A DNA stretch of 63,742 bases, counting the filler, from Stramenopiles sp. TOSAG23-2 (lineage: Eukaryota), in NCBI GenBank assembly GCA_900128395.1. It is 25 parts of 25 records of this genome, joined end to end, with 100 filler letters (N's around TTAATTAATTAA, not from the genome) between each part and the next. Parts side by side here need not be neighbours in the genome. Positions count along the whole stretch, not along the records: positions 35,847 to 38,295 come from LT651730.1; positions 38,396 to 40,843 come from LT651731.1; positions 40,944 to 43,390 come from LT651732.1; positions 43,491 to 45,936 come from LT651733.1; 21 more parts are not named here. One strand, written 5' to 3'. The translations under genes and the position numbers were made by a program. Positions 35,848 through 46,036 of this stretch are shown here, one piece after another. Each line of letters begins with the position of its first letter. Within the stretch, counting starts at the first letter, position 1. The notes beneath the pieces were generated by a model. It had not been told where the DNA came from. It saw only the letters and a list, made by a program, of their open reading frames with translations, and did not search any database.

Positions 35848-37938
35848 AAACCATACACAGGTTCAGATTGTTCGTTACGTAAATGTCCAACAGGTAAAGC
35901 GTGGGTAGATTTTGCCACCGCGAATAACGTTGCCCACGGAACATTTGAGTGTTCAAATATGGGACTGTGCAACAGTGAAAACGGGCAATGTGTTTGCAGA
36001 GAAGGGTTTGAAGGGCATAATTGCGCTCGCCTTAAATGCCCTGTAAATGCTGATACGTCCATAGAATGCTCTGGGAATGGCCAATGCATGAGTATGTGGA
36101 TGGCAGCAAAAACGCAAAACGATGTAACTTTATTTAGGTCTATAGAATATACAAACTGGGAGGCTGATATGCTATGGGGTTGCGTCTGTAATTATGGATG
36201 GACAGGACATGATTGTAGTTTAAAAACGTGCCCTACAGGCGATGATCCAGTAACCAATACCAATACAGCTGATGAAATACAACTTATTGATTGTGCTGCT
36301 GATGGAGGAACCTTTAAAATTAAATATCGTGATCAAATAACTGCTGCTTTAGCATGGGATGCAACTGCTGCTACTGTTAAGGCTGAACTTGAAAAAATCA
36401 GTTGGCTTTCAGAAGGGGTCACAGTTGCTCATGTAGCGGGAACTACTGCATGTGCTGCAAGCGGAGCCGCTTTATCAATCACGTTTACACATCAGCCAGG
36501 AGATCTCCCGGCTTTGGTATTAATTAAGACAGGGTTGACTAAAAGCACCAGTGGTTCCGTGGTTTTAAATACTATTTCTAGTGGGGCGCAGAACACTTAT
36601 GGTACTGCTACAATAACATCAGTTGATGGAAATAGGGAAAATGTGGAATGTAGTAATCAAGGGACATGCGATCATGTTACTGGCTCTTGTACTTGTCGCA
36701 CAGGATTTGAAAGCAGTAATGGCAAATCAAATGGCCAAGTGGGTGAAGCTGGTAAACGTGGAGATTGTGGATATAGATCTACGGTAACAACAACTTGTGA
36801 TACAGATGACGAAACCTTGACAAAGTGTTATAATCTAGGCGGGCAATGTATTAATGATGATAACTTAGCAGCTCGTTGTGATTGCATATTACCAACAACT
36901 ACGCAAGCAGGGTATGGTGGTCACATGTGTAGGACAATTAAATGTCCAATTGGGAAAGTTTGGTTTGCAGAACCCATTACTGGTACCCAGCGAGACAATT
37001 CATATGCTGAATGTTCCGGCGCGGGCGCGTGCGATCGACTTTCTGGTGTATGCACTTGTGAAATTTGGGCAGCTGGCCGTGCTTGCGAAAAAATGGCGTG
37101 TACTGTAACAGGTTCAACACAATGTAGCGGGCAAGGACAATGCTTATCAATATCCGAATGGGCTCCGCATTCAAGGGATGAGGCTGGCAATCTTCGAGGG
37201 GTTACATATACAGAGACTGATACAACTTGGGATGCGAATCGTATCTATGCTTGCATGTGCAATCGTAAAATTTATAAAGGTCCTAAAACAGGAAATGTGG
37301 TAGACGCTTTTGGTTATGCATGTTCTAGGCATATATGTCCACATGGAGATATTCCAGATACCATCAGGCAATATAATGAAATACAAAATTTATATTGCAA
37401 GGCTGATGGTGGGACATTGAAATTAACATTTAGGGGGGAAACGACACCCCCGATAGCTTACAATGCAGTGGCGTTAGAATCAGATGAAGATACAAGCAGT
37501 ACATCAGGTACTGGATATCGAGAATCCGTGCAGAAAAAGCTTCACGAACTAGTTGAAATTACTGAAGTATGTCATGACGATGTTTGTTCCGGTGTTACTG
37601 TTTCATATGACACAGGTTCTGCTATTTGTAGTAGTTCTGGAGTGACGACATCATTTACATTCACATCAGAGTTTGGTGATCTTCCGCCATTAGTTATTGA
37701 TGCATCCAGTCTAACTATAACTTCTGGTAGTGTAGAGACAAAAATTTATGAATATGTCAAAGGAACGAAAGAAATGCTTGAATGTTCCGGACGTGGGCTT
37801 TGTGATGCAATGAAGGGAAGTTGCAATTGTCATACAGGATATATCAGTAGTGATGGTGAGGGTAACATAGGACAACGTGGTGATTGTGGTGCATATACTG
37901 CTTTTCAAACAACCGAAGGCTATTCAGTTCGGATATGA
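35848..37938 (+). CDS. EGF/tenascin-like repeat protein of the stramenopile mastigoneme (Sig1/Ocm1-like) type, 5'-truncated
   Basis: Repeated ECSN.G.CD..TG.C.C, DCSLKTCPTGDDP, WD/WEAD..Y/W.C.C, and two EIQ...C.ADGGT modules; internal two-fold repeat. Confidence 0.75.
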   Translation, partial: KPYTGSDCSLRKCPTGKAWVDFATANNVAHGTFECSNMGLCNSENGQCVCREGFEGHNCARLKCPVNADTSIECSGNGQCMSMWMAAKTQNDVTLFRSIEYTNWEADMLWGCVCNYGWTGHDCSLKTCPTGDDPVTNTNTADEIQLIDCAADGGTFKIKYRDQITAALAWDATAATVKAELEKISWLSEGVTVAHVAGTTACAASGAALSITFTHQPGDLPALVLIKTGLTKSTSGSVVLNTISSGAQNTYGTATITSVDGNRENVECSNQGTCDHVTGSCTCRTGFESSNGKSNGQVGEAGKRGDCGYRSTVTTTCDTDDETLTKCYNLGGQCINDDNLAARCDCILPTTTQAGYGGHMCRTIKCPIGKVWFAEPITGTQRDNSYAECSGAGACDRLSGVCTCEIWAAGRACEKMACTVTGSTQCSGQGQCLSISEWAPHSRDEAGNLRGVTYTETDTTWDANRIYACMCNRKIYKGPKTGNVVDAFGYACSRHICPHGDIPDTIRQYNEIQNLYCKADGGTLKLTFRGETTPPIAYNAVALESDEDTSSTSGTGYRESVQKKLHELVEITEVCHDDVCSGVTVSYDTGSAICSSSGVTTSFTFTSEFGDLPPLVIDASSLTITSGSVETKIYEYVKGTKEMLECSGRGLCDAMKGSCNCHTGYISSDGEGNIGQRGDCGAYTAFQTTEGYSVRI

Positions 37939-38395
37939 TGAAATGTGTGCGTGTGTGTATGTAATGTGTGTGTGTGTCATGTGTGTAAAATATTTGAATT
38001 GCCAAAAATTATCATAAAAATATGTGTGGTATGATAATATTTTTTATTGTACCGTACATACAAAATGATATGATAACGTAAATATTTTTTAAAAACTTCC
38101 TGTCTCAGCATATAAGCGCATTGGTAACTTTGCAGGAGATTCCATAACTAAATTTCCTACTGCCATTATATCTAAATTAGCACATATTTCAAATATTGCT
38201 TTTTGTGCAAGAATCTTTTCATTACTATTCTCTTCATATCGAGAAATAATTTCGTAAAAGAAATTTCTTAAATCACTGATTTTATACATCTTTTCNNNNN
38301 NNNNNNNNNNNNNNNNNNNNNNNNNNNNNNNNNNNNNNNTTAATTAATTAANNNNNNNNNNNNNNNNNNNNNNNNNNNNNNNNNNNNNNNNNNNN

Positions 38396-38550
38396 AAGTG
38401 ATATAGGAATATTAAACTGTATATACTTAGTAGAATAACACAATTATTTTCTTTACTAATAGTATAATACTATATTTTATCACTAGAAGAAAAGAAAAAT
38501 AATTGTGTTATTCTACTAAGTATATACAGTTTAATATTCCTATATCACTT
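38396..38550. repeat. Perfect 55-bp inverted repeat with 45-nt spacer
   Basis: 38396-38450 is the exact reverse complement of 38496-38550. Confidence 0.9.
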
Positions 38551-38769
38551 TTTTAAAATTCGGACACTTTTTTTTTTCCCGGAGACTTTTTAGGTCAAAT
38601 CTTCAACACTCAATGTCTTGCTTCAAAATGGAATAGCAATAATATTAAAAATCAACCAGACTCGCATTCTTCTTTTTTACATTTATATTGGTACGATCAA
38701 TTGGAGACTCTCTTTCAGCCAATATTTATATATTTTACATGTATTATACGACGTAATTATAAATGTTTT

Positions 38770-40843
38770 CTACAATTTACTATTTTTTTTCATTTGGTTC
38801 TTTGCCATTTCTTCTTCAGTATCCCACCAATCTGCAACTGCAATGGGAACGCCTGGAAAACGTCTTTGTCCAGTTTTTCTTCTAGCGGCTACTGCTCGTC
38901 GGTGTTCCTTTGTCCAAATAGTATTTGGTACAACTATTAATGGTTCCGCCATTGTGGCAGCATATGTTTCAATCCGCGCTTTTAATTTTTCAACTATCTC
39001 TGGATGTTGTTCAGATATATCATTATGTTCTGCTGGATCTACATCTAAATCAAATAAAAACAATTGTTTAATTGTACTTTCAAATTGATCTTTATCATAT
39101 AATTTTCCCCTTTTCACTAAGTGCTGTCCAGCATCTGATAATTTCATATCTCCATATTGACCACCCGATTCAAGTAATTCATAATTTGTTGCATCGGGGC
39201 CCATCATATATTTTGCTTTCCATGTTTCCGATGGATCTGTACCATACCAATCACTTCGACCAGCTTGTCCAAGAATTAATTTATATTTTCCAACACGAAT
39301 TGCAGAATATTCTTCTGGTATTTGACCATTTAAAAGACTACGCACCATTTTTACTTGTGCTGCTTTTCCAATTTTTCCAGTTCCTCCACCTCCAACCATG
39401 AACCCACCAGCTGCGCCACTCAATCCAACAGGGTCAATGTTATAAAGCATTTCCTTCCTTGGGCTATCATTAGAACCTGATTTCCACGTTGAAAATAAAT
39501 CAATACCATCTAATGGACCCGTTTCTGTTGGAGATACATCTCCACCAGCCATAGATAATAATGTTGGAAATAAATCAGTTACATGACCTAATGCATGACT
39601 TTCAGTTCCACGTATGTTTTCAGGAATTAAATTTGGATTTGGACTATGAATGAATGATGGAGATTTCGTACCTCCTTCCCATGCCGTCATTTTGTGACCT
39701 GTTTCATACGTACACATACATGTTTGTTAGAAAGGTTTGCTTTAATGCATATGCATATATATATATTTGTGTAGAGAGAAAAAGGCCTTTTATTTAATAT
39801 ATAAATTGATAGGTTTCATCATCATCATGTATATATGTATACATACCACGATATGGATGATTGCTAGCACCCGTCCCAATTTGACCACCATTATCAGAGA
39901 AAGCAAATATGAATGAATTTTCATACATTTTTTTCGCTTTCAAAGCACTGACAATACGACCAACATTTTGATCGATATGACTAATCATACCACACCATTT
40001 TCTTCTTTGCTTTCCAGGTATATATTCATGAATCTCTTCCGTACCTGCTGGATTTTGTACTGGCCAATGTGGTCCTTGAAAAGGTATATACATAAACATT
40101 GGTTTATCTATATCATGGTTTAAAATCATACGTTCTGCTTCTATTGCAAATACATCGGTAGAATGTGTGCCATTCAAGTGAAAAATATGCTCATGTACAT
40201 GTGATTTTTTCCCAGTCTTTTTATTTAATACCCAACGATCATAATGCAAATCTAATGCACTGCGCATATTTGGAGGTTTATAATTAGGATGTCCTGGCCA
40301 TACTGATCCATCTCTAGCATCAGCTAAAAGATCTGTTTGATGTGTCCAATGATCTCCACCACCTTCATACTTGCCATAAAATTCTTGAAAACCGCGCCCC
40401 GTCGGTGTTTGTGCATGCCCAGCACGTCCTAAATGCCACTTACCAGACATGTATGTTGAATAACCAATATCTTGAAAACGTTCTGCAAGCATCGGTTCTC
40501 CTATTGGTGCCCATCCTAGATCTGCAGCTAAACCTGGTGTTGTACCAACATGACCACCATAACGTATAGGATATCGACCAGTTAATAAGGCAGCGCGTGT
40601 TGGAGAACAAATTGGCATTGCATAGAATTTTTTCAATTTAACGCCTGTATTCATCAAATGGTTCATTACAGGTGTTTGACATAAATGTCGTTTTGTGTTT
40701 GAAAATTCACCGAGATCGTGGTATCCAAGGTCATCAAATAAAATGACAACAATGTGTGGTTTTATATCGGATGATTTGGCAGCAGTTTGTTGTTGATGAA
40801 TCTTTTTTCGATAGTTTGTATTTTGATTTACTCCATTATTATT
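38770..40843 (-). CDS. Arylsulfatase B-like (S1, formylglycine-dependent) sulfatase, two exons (40843-39847, 39698-38770), 5'-truncated
   Basis: KPHIVVILFDDLGYHD, CSPTRAALLTGRY, GKWHLG, FSDNGG. The intron at 39846-39699 restores NHPYRGHKMTAWEGG. HVTDLFPTL and LFDLDVDPAEHND also match. Confidence 0.92.
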
Positions 40844-41228
40844 NNNNNNNNNNNNNNNNNNNNNNNNNNNNNNNNNNNNNNNNNNNNTTAATTAATTAAN
40901 NNNNNNNNNNNNNNNNNNNNNNNNNNNNNNNNNNNNNNNNNNNTTTTTTTTTTTTTTTTTTTTTTTTTTTATTATTAGTGCATTATTACATATACAGTAA
41001 ATAATTGCATGCAGCAACAAATGTAGTATTAATAGCAGAACCGGTGTGTACTTCATCCCCTTAGGTTGGTTTTGTGTATAAACCCAATTAATCTTTTTTA
41101 TTTGAAGCTCTTAAAAACTTTGTACAACCAAATGAAGATAAAAAGAGCAGAATAGATGCAATCAAATTTTGTCATGTGTTACAAAGTCGTCAACTAGAAG
41201 CAAAAGAAAACATACAGTCCACAACATC

Positions 41229-42005
41229 ATGGAATTAAATGAAGATACAAAGAACAGAATAGATGCAATCAAATTTTGTCAAACGTCTGAATTCGCCGTC
41301 ACGATATGTATTTGGCCATCGGCTTCAGGGGAAAAAAATATTCAATTTGTAAAAAACTATCTAGAAAATCACATATCTTGTAGAATTTTATATGAAAATA
41401 AATTGACTTTGGAATTACATACAGCGCCACTAATAATGATGGCTGTATACGACAGTGAAGAGTGGTTGGAAACTAATTGTTGGTATATGGAGCAACCTTT
41501 GAAAGAAGGTAAGCCTAGTGGTGCTTGGCCCGGTGCAAAATGGAAAGCTGCACTTTGTTTTCAAGAAACAAATCCATTGCATGTTTTTGTTGTTGATGTT
41601 TCAAAAGCTAAAAAGGATATTTGGAATGAAAAATACAGTCTACGGGCCGCATTGTCTGAGCGTTCAGGGTATTATGGCAATTCCTGTATGCATGTCAGTG
41701 ACAATCAATCAGCAACAATAAAGAAAAAAAAAGCGAATTCAAATAATAATGCGAACGGTATCTCATCAAGCGGCTATGACTGTGCAGATTCGTACGCATA
41801 TCACTGTTCAAGGATTTTTCTAAATCCAAATGTTGTTACATTCTTAAATCAACATTGCAAAGACTTAGACATAGATGATAAAGAATTTATGAAAAAATTT
41901 CACTTTAATGAATTTTTGAAATGGTTAAAAGACGATGATTTTATTGATTATGATGAGGAAAACGATCAGTTTGCAATACCATTTGATATTATAAATGTAC
42001 AATAG
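41229..42005 (+). CDS. Hypothetical protein, possibly a divergent NDK-like fold
   Basis: 258-aa ORF; ICIWPSA and SLR..NSCMHVSDN weakly resemble NDK IKPD and IR..NxxHGSD. Confidence 0.55.
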   Translation: MELNEDTKNRIDAIKFCQTSEFAVTICIWPSASGEKNIQFVKNYLENHISCRILYENKLTLELHTAPLIMMAVYDSEEWLETNCWYMEQPLKEGKPSGAWPGAKWKAALCFQETNPLHVFVVDVSKAKKDIWNEKYSLRAALSERSGYYGNSCMHVSDNQSATIKKKKANSNNNANGISSSGYDCADSYAYHCSRIFLNPNVVTFLNQHCKDLDIDDKEFMKKFHFNEFLKWLKDDDFIDYDEENDQFAIPFDIINVQ

Positions 42006-42280
42006 CAGAAAGAAATCTGCATCTGATAAAATTATGATACACATATGCGTGTATATTTTATCATTCCGTGAGTAAATTAAAAGAAATAAATTTATGCTAG
42101 ATATATATTTGTCTCAGTTATTGTATTCTTTCTGGAGAGTATCATAGGAATTATCATGAGTAAATTAAAAAATAAGTTATCATAATATATGTGTTTTTCT
42201 CTTACTCATATGTATATGCATTTTAATTCATTTAAAATTTTATAAATATTTTTAAGATATATTTATGCATGTAATATATA

Positions 42281-42317
<37 letters not shown>

Positions 42318-42506
42318 GCATTATATATATTAAATATTATGCGCTTATGATAATGCATTATATCAAAATATGATATATCATAGTGGTCTTGGGCATAAAT
42401 GCCCAGGAGGCTTGACGTATTCCGTATGATACTGATATCATACTTTTAAAAATTAAATAATAAATATATATATGTATATATATATGATGCCATTATTCAG
42501 CATATA

Positions 42507-43390
42507 TTAGTAATAATAATCTTCATCATGTATAAGCTCTTCTTCATCGATATCAGACCCATAGCTTTTTGTATCATCATAATCTGAATCTGTACCATGT
42601 ATTTCATCTAATTGTATACTTGTGGCAATACTTGCTAAAGCTATTGAAAAGCCGTGCAAAAATGATAAAGGAGATGCTAAAGAGAATGCATATTTATATG
42701 TATCGCATTTACCAAATGAAAAAATGGTTTTATTTTTCCCATGACGTTCAAGTGCAATGTTTTTAGAGGATGGTAATGATATTCGCGAATCTAAATCTAA
42801 AACATATCCGTTCAATTCTTTATCATACTCTGGCTCTTTGCTCAATAAATATACCATGTCTTTTCTAGTGCCATTGGCGGCCAAAGATAGCATATCCTCA
42901 TCTTCATTATTTAATATGAAAGATCTTGCTTGGTCTTTCATTTTATTGCGGCTGGGTAACAAAACTAAGACTTTACGAGGTGCATCTTCCTCGCATTTGA
43001 TTTGAATGGCAGCTAATTGCCGTCTAAGATTATCTGATCCAATCATTTTACTTTGTATAGCTTTATAGACCCCCCCGCCAGCTCCAGCGGACACAAACGG
43101 TCGCTGGTACAAGGTATCAGAATAATGACCTTCTGTAAAAACATTAAATTGTGCTAATGGGACTTCGTTTACTTGATCCAATAAACATATACGATGTCCG
43201 CCAAAATCTTCAGGGAGGCAAATATCAAAACGTATTAAATTATCCTCCTCCGATGAAACGATTTGGCCCGACATTAAATGTGTGCCCTCGACAGAATCCA
43301 AATACAAATCTAATTTATTTTCATCAGCGTCCCATATAGCATAACAAGGTATTGTTCCACTACTTTTACTGACACTTTTTAACAAAAATG
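42507..43390 (-). CDS. Tubby-like C-terminal domain protein, 5'-truncated
   Basis: LLSKEPEYDKELNGYVLDLDSRISLPSSKN..FSFGK..PLSFLHGFSIALASI parallels Tub NK.P.W...Y.LNF.GRVT.ASVKNF..FG...PLS..QAF.I.LSSF. Confidence 0.75.
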
Positions 43391-43490
43391 NNNNNNNNNN
43401 NNNNNNNNNNNNNNNNNNNNNNNNNNNNNNNNNNTTAATTAATTAANNNNNNNNNNNNNNNNNNNNNNNNNNNNNNNNNNNNNNNNNNNN

Positions 43491-45674
43491 CTTTATAATG
43501 GTATGGAACATCAAATGTTACAAGAAATTGGTATTGATGGGAAAAATCCGATATTAGTAAGTGAGGATGGTATGCGAAGAATGATGGAAAAAGATGATGA
43601 AAATGGTGAATCTAATAATAATGATAACAAAATGAGGGTAAATTCTAAATTAGGTAGTGGTAGTGGGCGATTGAATAGTAGCAGCTTGAAAGATACGCCT
43701 GTTTTATTAGCAACGTCATCACCAAATCAAATTTTCTGTCTACAAGGTCAGGGGTATTTAGATCAATCAGCGTGGTTGTTACATAATGATAAAATAAGAG
43801 AAGCTGAGCAATTATTGACGGATACAATGAAATATATGACATTGGATGGAATGGATAAAGAATTGCTAATGCGAGATTTTCATTCAAATGCAGCTGTGAC
43901 CATGTTTCTGAAATTTCAGCTGAAAGATAATGGAACGACGATATTAGATCATGTAAATAAATGTGAACTTGATCCTAGGGAGCTTTTGCATTTATTCCCA
44001 GATTTGCACCCATTATCGTTACCGCCAAGTGGATATGTTCCAAAATATTGTACAAAAGAATTAATGTTAAAAGCTTCACTTGGAAAAGAAGCCAATGATG
44101 TTGATTCCATTGCAGCAGCTCGTTTTAGCCCCAAAAAAGCATTGAAAATGCAAGGGAGACTAGATGACGAACTTAGTATCGAAGATGCAGTTAAAAATGC
44201 ACGATTATGTATTTTGAAAATACTGGAAAGCCAACGTTTACGGTGCGCTACACCGCAAGAACAACATATTGTTGACACAGGTATCTTTATCTTATATGCT
44301 ACCATGAAAGGACGCGAGAAAGATTTAGATTCATTTATACAAACACCAAATGCAATACAAGCTGTCGATGTTAGGGATATGTTGCAAAGATTGCAACGTT
44401 TCCATATATTAGCAGTGCTTCATAGAGAAAAAAATCCAAGAGAAGCATTGGAAATATGGAGACGAATGGGAACTGGGGAGTATAAAGATGTTGGCAAAGG
44501 CTCTGGGATTGAGCAAACAGTTGAATGCTTATCAGAAATAGAAGATGAGGAATTAGTATGGACATTTTCATCATGGATCATGAGGATGGATTACATTGAA
44601 GGTACTAAAATATTTTATAACCGTGATAAGAACACAGAGTTGAAAATACAACCAACGCGTGTGTTGGATTTCATCAAAACATTTGAAGGAGAATCAGGAG
44701 ATACAGCAATTGATTGGCCTGCATTTGCACGGAGGCAATATTTAGAATTTATCATTGAAACAAATGGAAGCGAGGATCCGCATCTAAGCACCCAATTAGC
44801 AATTTTGTATATGGAAACTGTTTTAGCATATCGCGAGACAACTAAAACAAAATTACGTCGGGGTAATGCAGGTACAGAACCTGGTGACTTAGGTCTGGTC
44901 CGCAGCACGGGTTTGGAATTTCTTCGAAATTCCAAATTTTATAATGTCGAGCAAGTCCTACAAGCAATTGTTACCACTGAATTATATGAAGAACGAATTA
45001 TTTTATTGAATCGTTTAGGTTCCCACAAAGAAGCGTTACGGATATATGCTTATAAAACGAATAGTATTCCAGAAGCTGTGACATATTGCAAGAAATATTC
45101 TCCATCTATGGAGGAAGATCCAACACGAGCACGTTCCTTATTTTTACTTCTAGTAACGTTGTTATTAAATCCGGCAACGGAAGATGCTGCTAGTATCACT
45201 AGGAAAGAGCGCTATCGCCGTATTGGTATGGAATTACTAGTAAATTATGCCAGTGAAATGGAGCCAGTTAGTGTCATGAAGCAGTTGCCAAAATCAATTT
45301 CTATTGCGTCCCTACAACCATTTTTAGAAAAAGTGATTCAACATGTAACACATAGAAAGCGTCAAGATATTATATTGTGTAACGTTGCAAAAGTTGAGAA
45401 TTTACAAGCACGAAGTGAATTAGCAAAATTGGAAAGTCGTGGAGTTGTTGTTGATACACGAACACTTTGTGATATTTGCAAAAAACCAATAGATACGAAA
45501 ACAGTTTTTGTGGTTTATCCTAATAATGTTGTAGCACATTATAGTTGTTTACGTGGCGAAGAAAGGTTAAAATTTGATCCAATATCGGGTAAACGTTTTG
45601 TTGAAAGTAATAAAAACAACATTTTAACTGATTATTATGATGGGTTCTTACATGCAGGTATGATGGAAAAATGA
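43491..45674 (+). CDS. Vps39/TGFBRAP1 (Vam6)-family HOPS/CORVET subunit, 5'-truncated
   Basis: LDPRELLHLFP, VDT, HTQLA-like STQLAILY, LYEERIILLNRLGSHKEALRIY, and C-terminal CDICKKPI..VYPN..VAHYSC zinc finger. Confidence 0.88.
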   Translation, partial: LYNGMEHQMLQEIGIDGKNPILVSEDGMRRMMEKDDENGESNNNDNKMRVNSKLGSGSGRLNSSSLKDTPVLLATSSPNQIFCLQGQGYLDQSAWLLHNDKIREAEQLLTDTMKYMTLDGMDKELLMRDFHSNAAVTMFLKFQLKDNGTTILDHVNKCELDPRELLHLFPDLHPLSLPPSGYVPKYCTKELMLKASLGKEANDVDSIAAARFSPKKALKMQGRLDDELSIEDAVKNARLCILKILESQRLRCATPQEQHIVDTGIFILYATMKGREKDLDSFIQTPNAIQAVDVRDMLQRLQRFHILAVLHREKNPREALEIWRRMGTGEYKDVGKGSGIEQTVECLSEIEDEELVWTFSSWIMRMDYIEGTKIFYNRDKNTELKIQPTRVLDFIKTFEGESGDTAIDWPAFARRQYLEFIIETNGSEDPHLSTQLAILYMETVLAYRETTKTKLRRGNAGTEPGDLGLVRSTGLEFLRNSKFYNVEQVLQAIVTTELYEERIILLNRLGSHKEALRIYAYKTNSIPEAVTYCKKYSPSMEEDPTRARSLFLLLVTLLLNPATEDAASITRKERYRRIGMELLVNYASEMEPVSVMKQLPKSISIASLQPFLEKVIQHVTHRKRQDIILCNVAKVENLQARSELAKLESRGVVVDTRTLCDICKKPIDTKTVFVVYPNNVVAHYSCLRGEERLKFDPISGKRFVESNKNNILTDYYDGFLHAGMMEK

Positions 45675-46036
45675 AAAAAAAAGAAGAATATGAAAGAGTG
45701 AGACAAAAAATATTTTTTAAATACTGTAATGATATATATATGGGTATATATATATATACCTGTGATGGTTAAAACCTAAAGTTATGATATAATAATTTTA
45801 CTTCCCGTGGTAAATAATACGAACGTATGCTCAATACTCAATCTCAAGAATAACTATGATAATTCTATCCATACTAATTTATAGTGAAGCTCTAATCTTC
45901 ATACACCACCCATATAAAAGTGAACACGTAAGTCTTNNNNNNNNNNNNNNNNNNNNNNNNNNNNNNNNNNNNNNNNNNNNTTAATTAATTAANNNNNNNN
46001 NNNNNNNNNNNNNNNNNNNNNNNNNNNNNNNNNNNN

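Noticed and set aside
2568-40843. Sulfur-metabolism 'cluster' (PAPS transporter fusion plus sulfatase)
   Set aside because: The genes sit on different contigs ordered only by length, so there is no linkage evidence.
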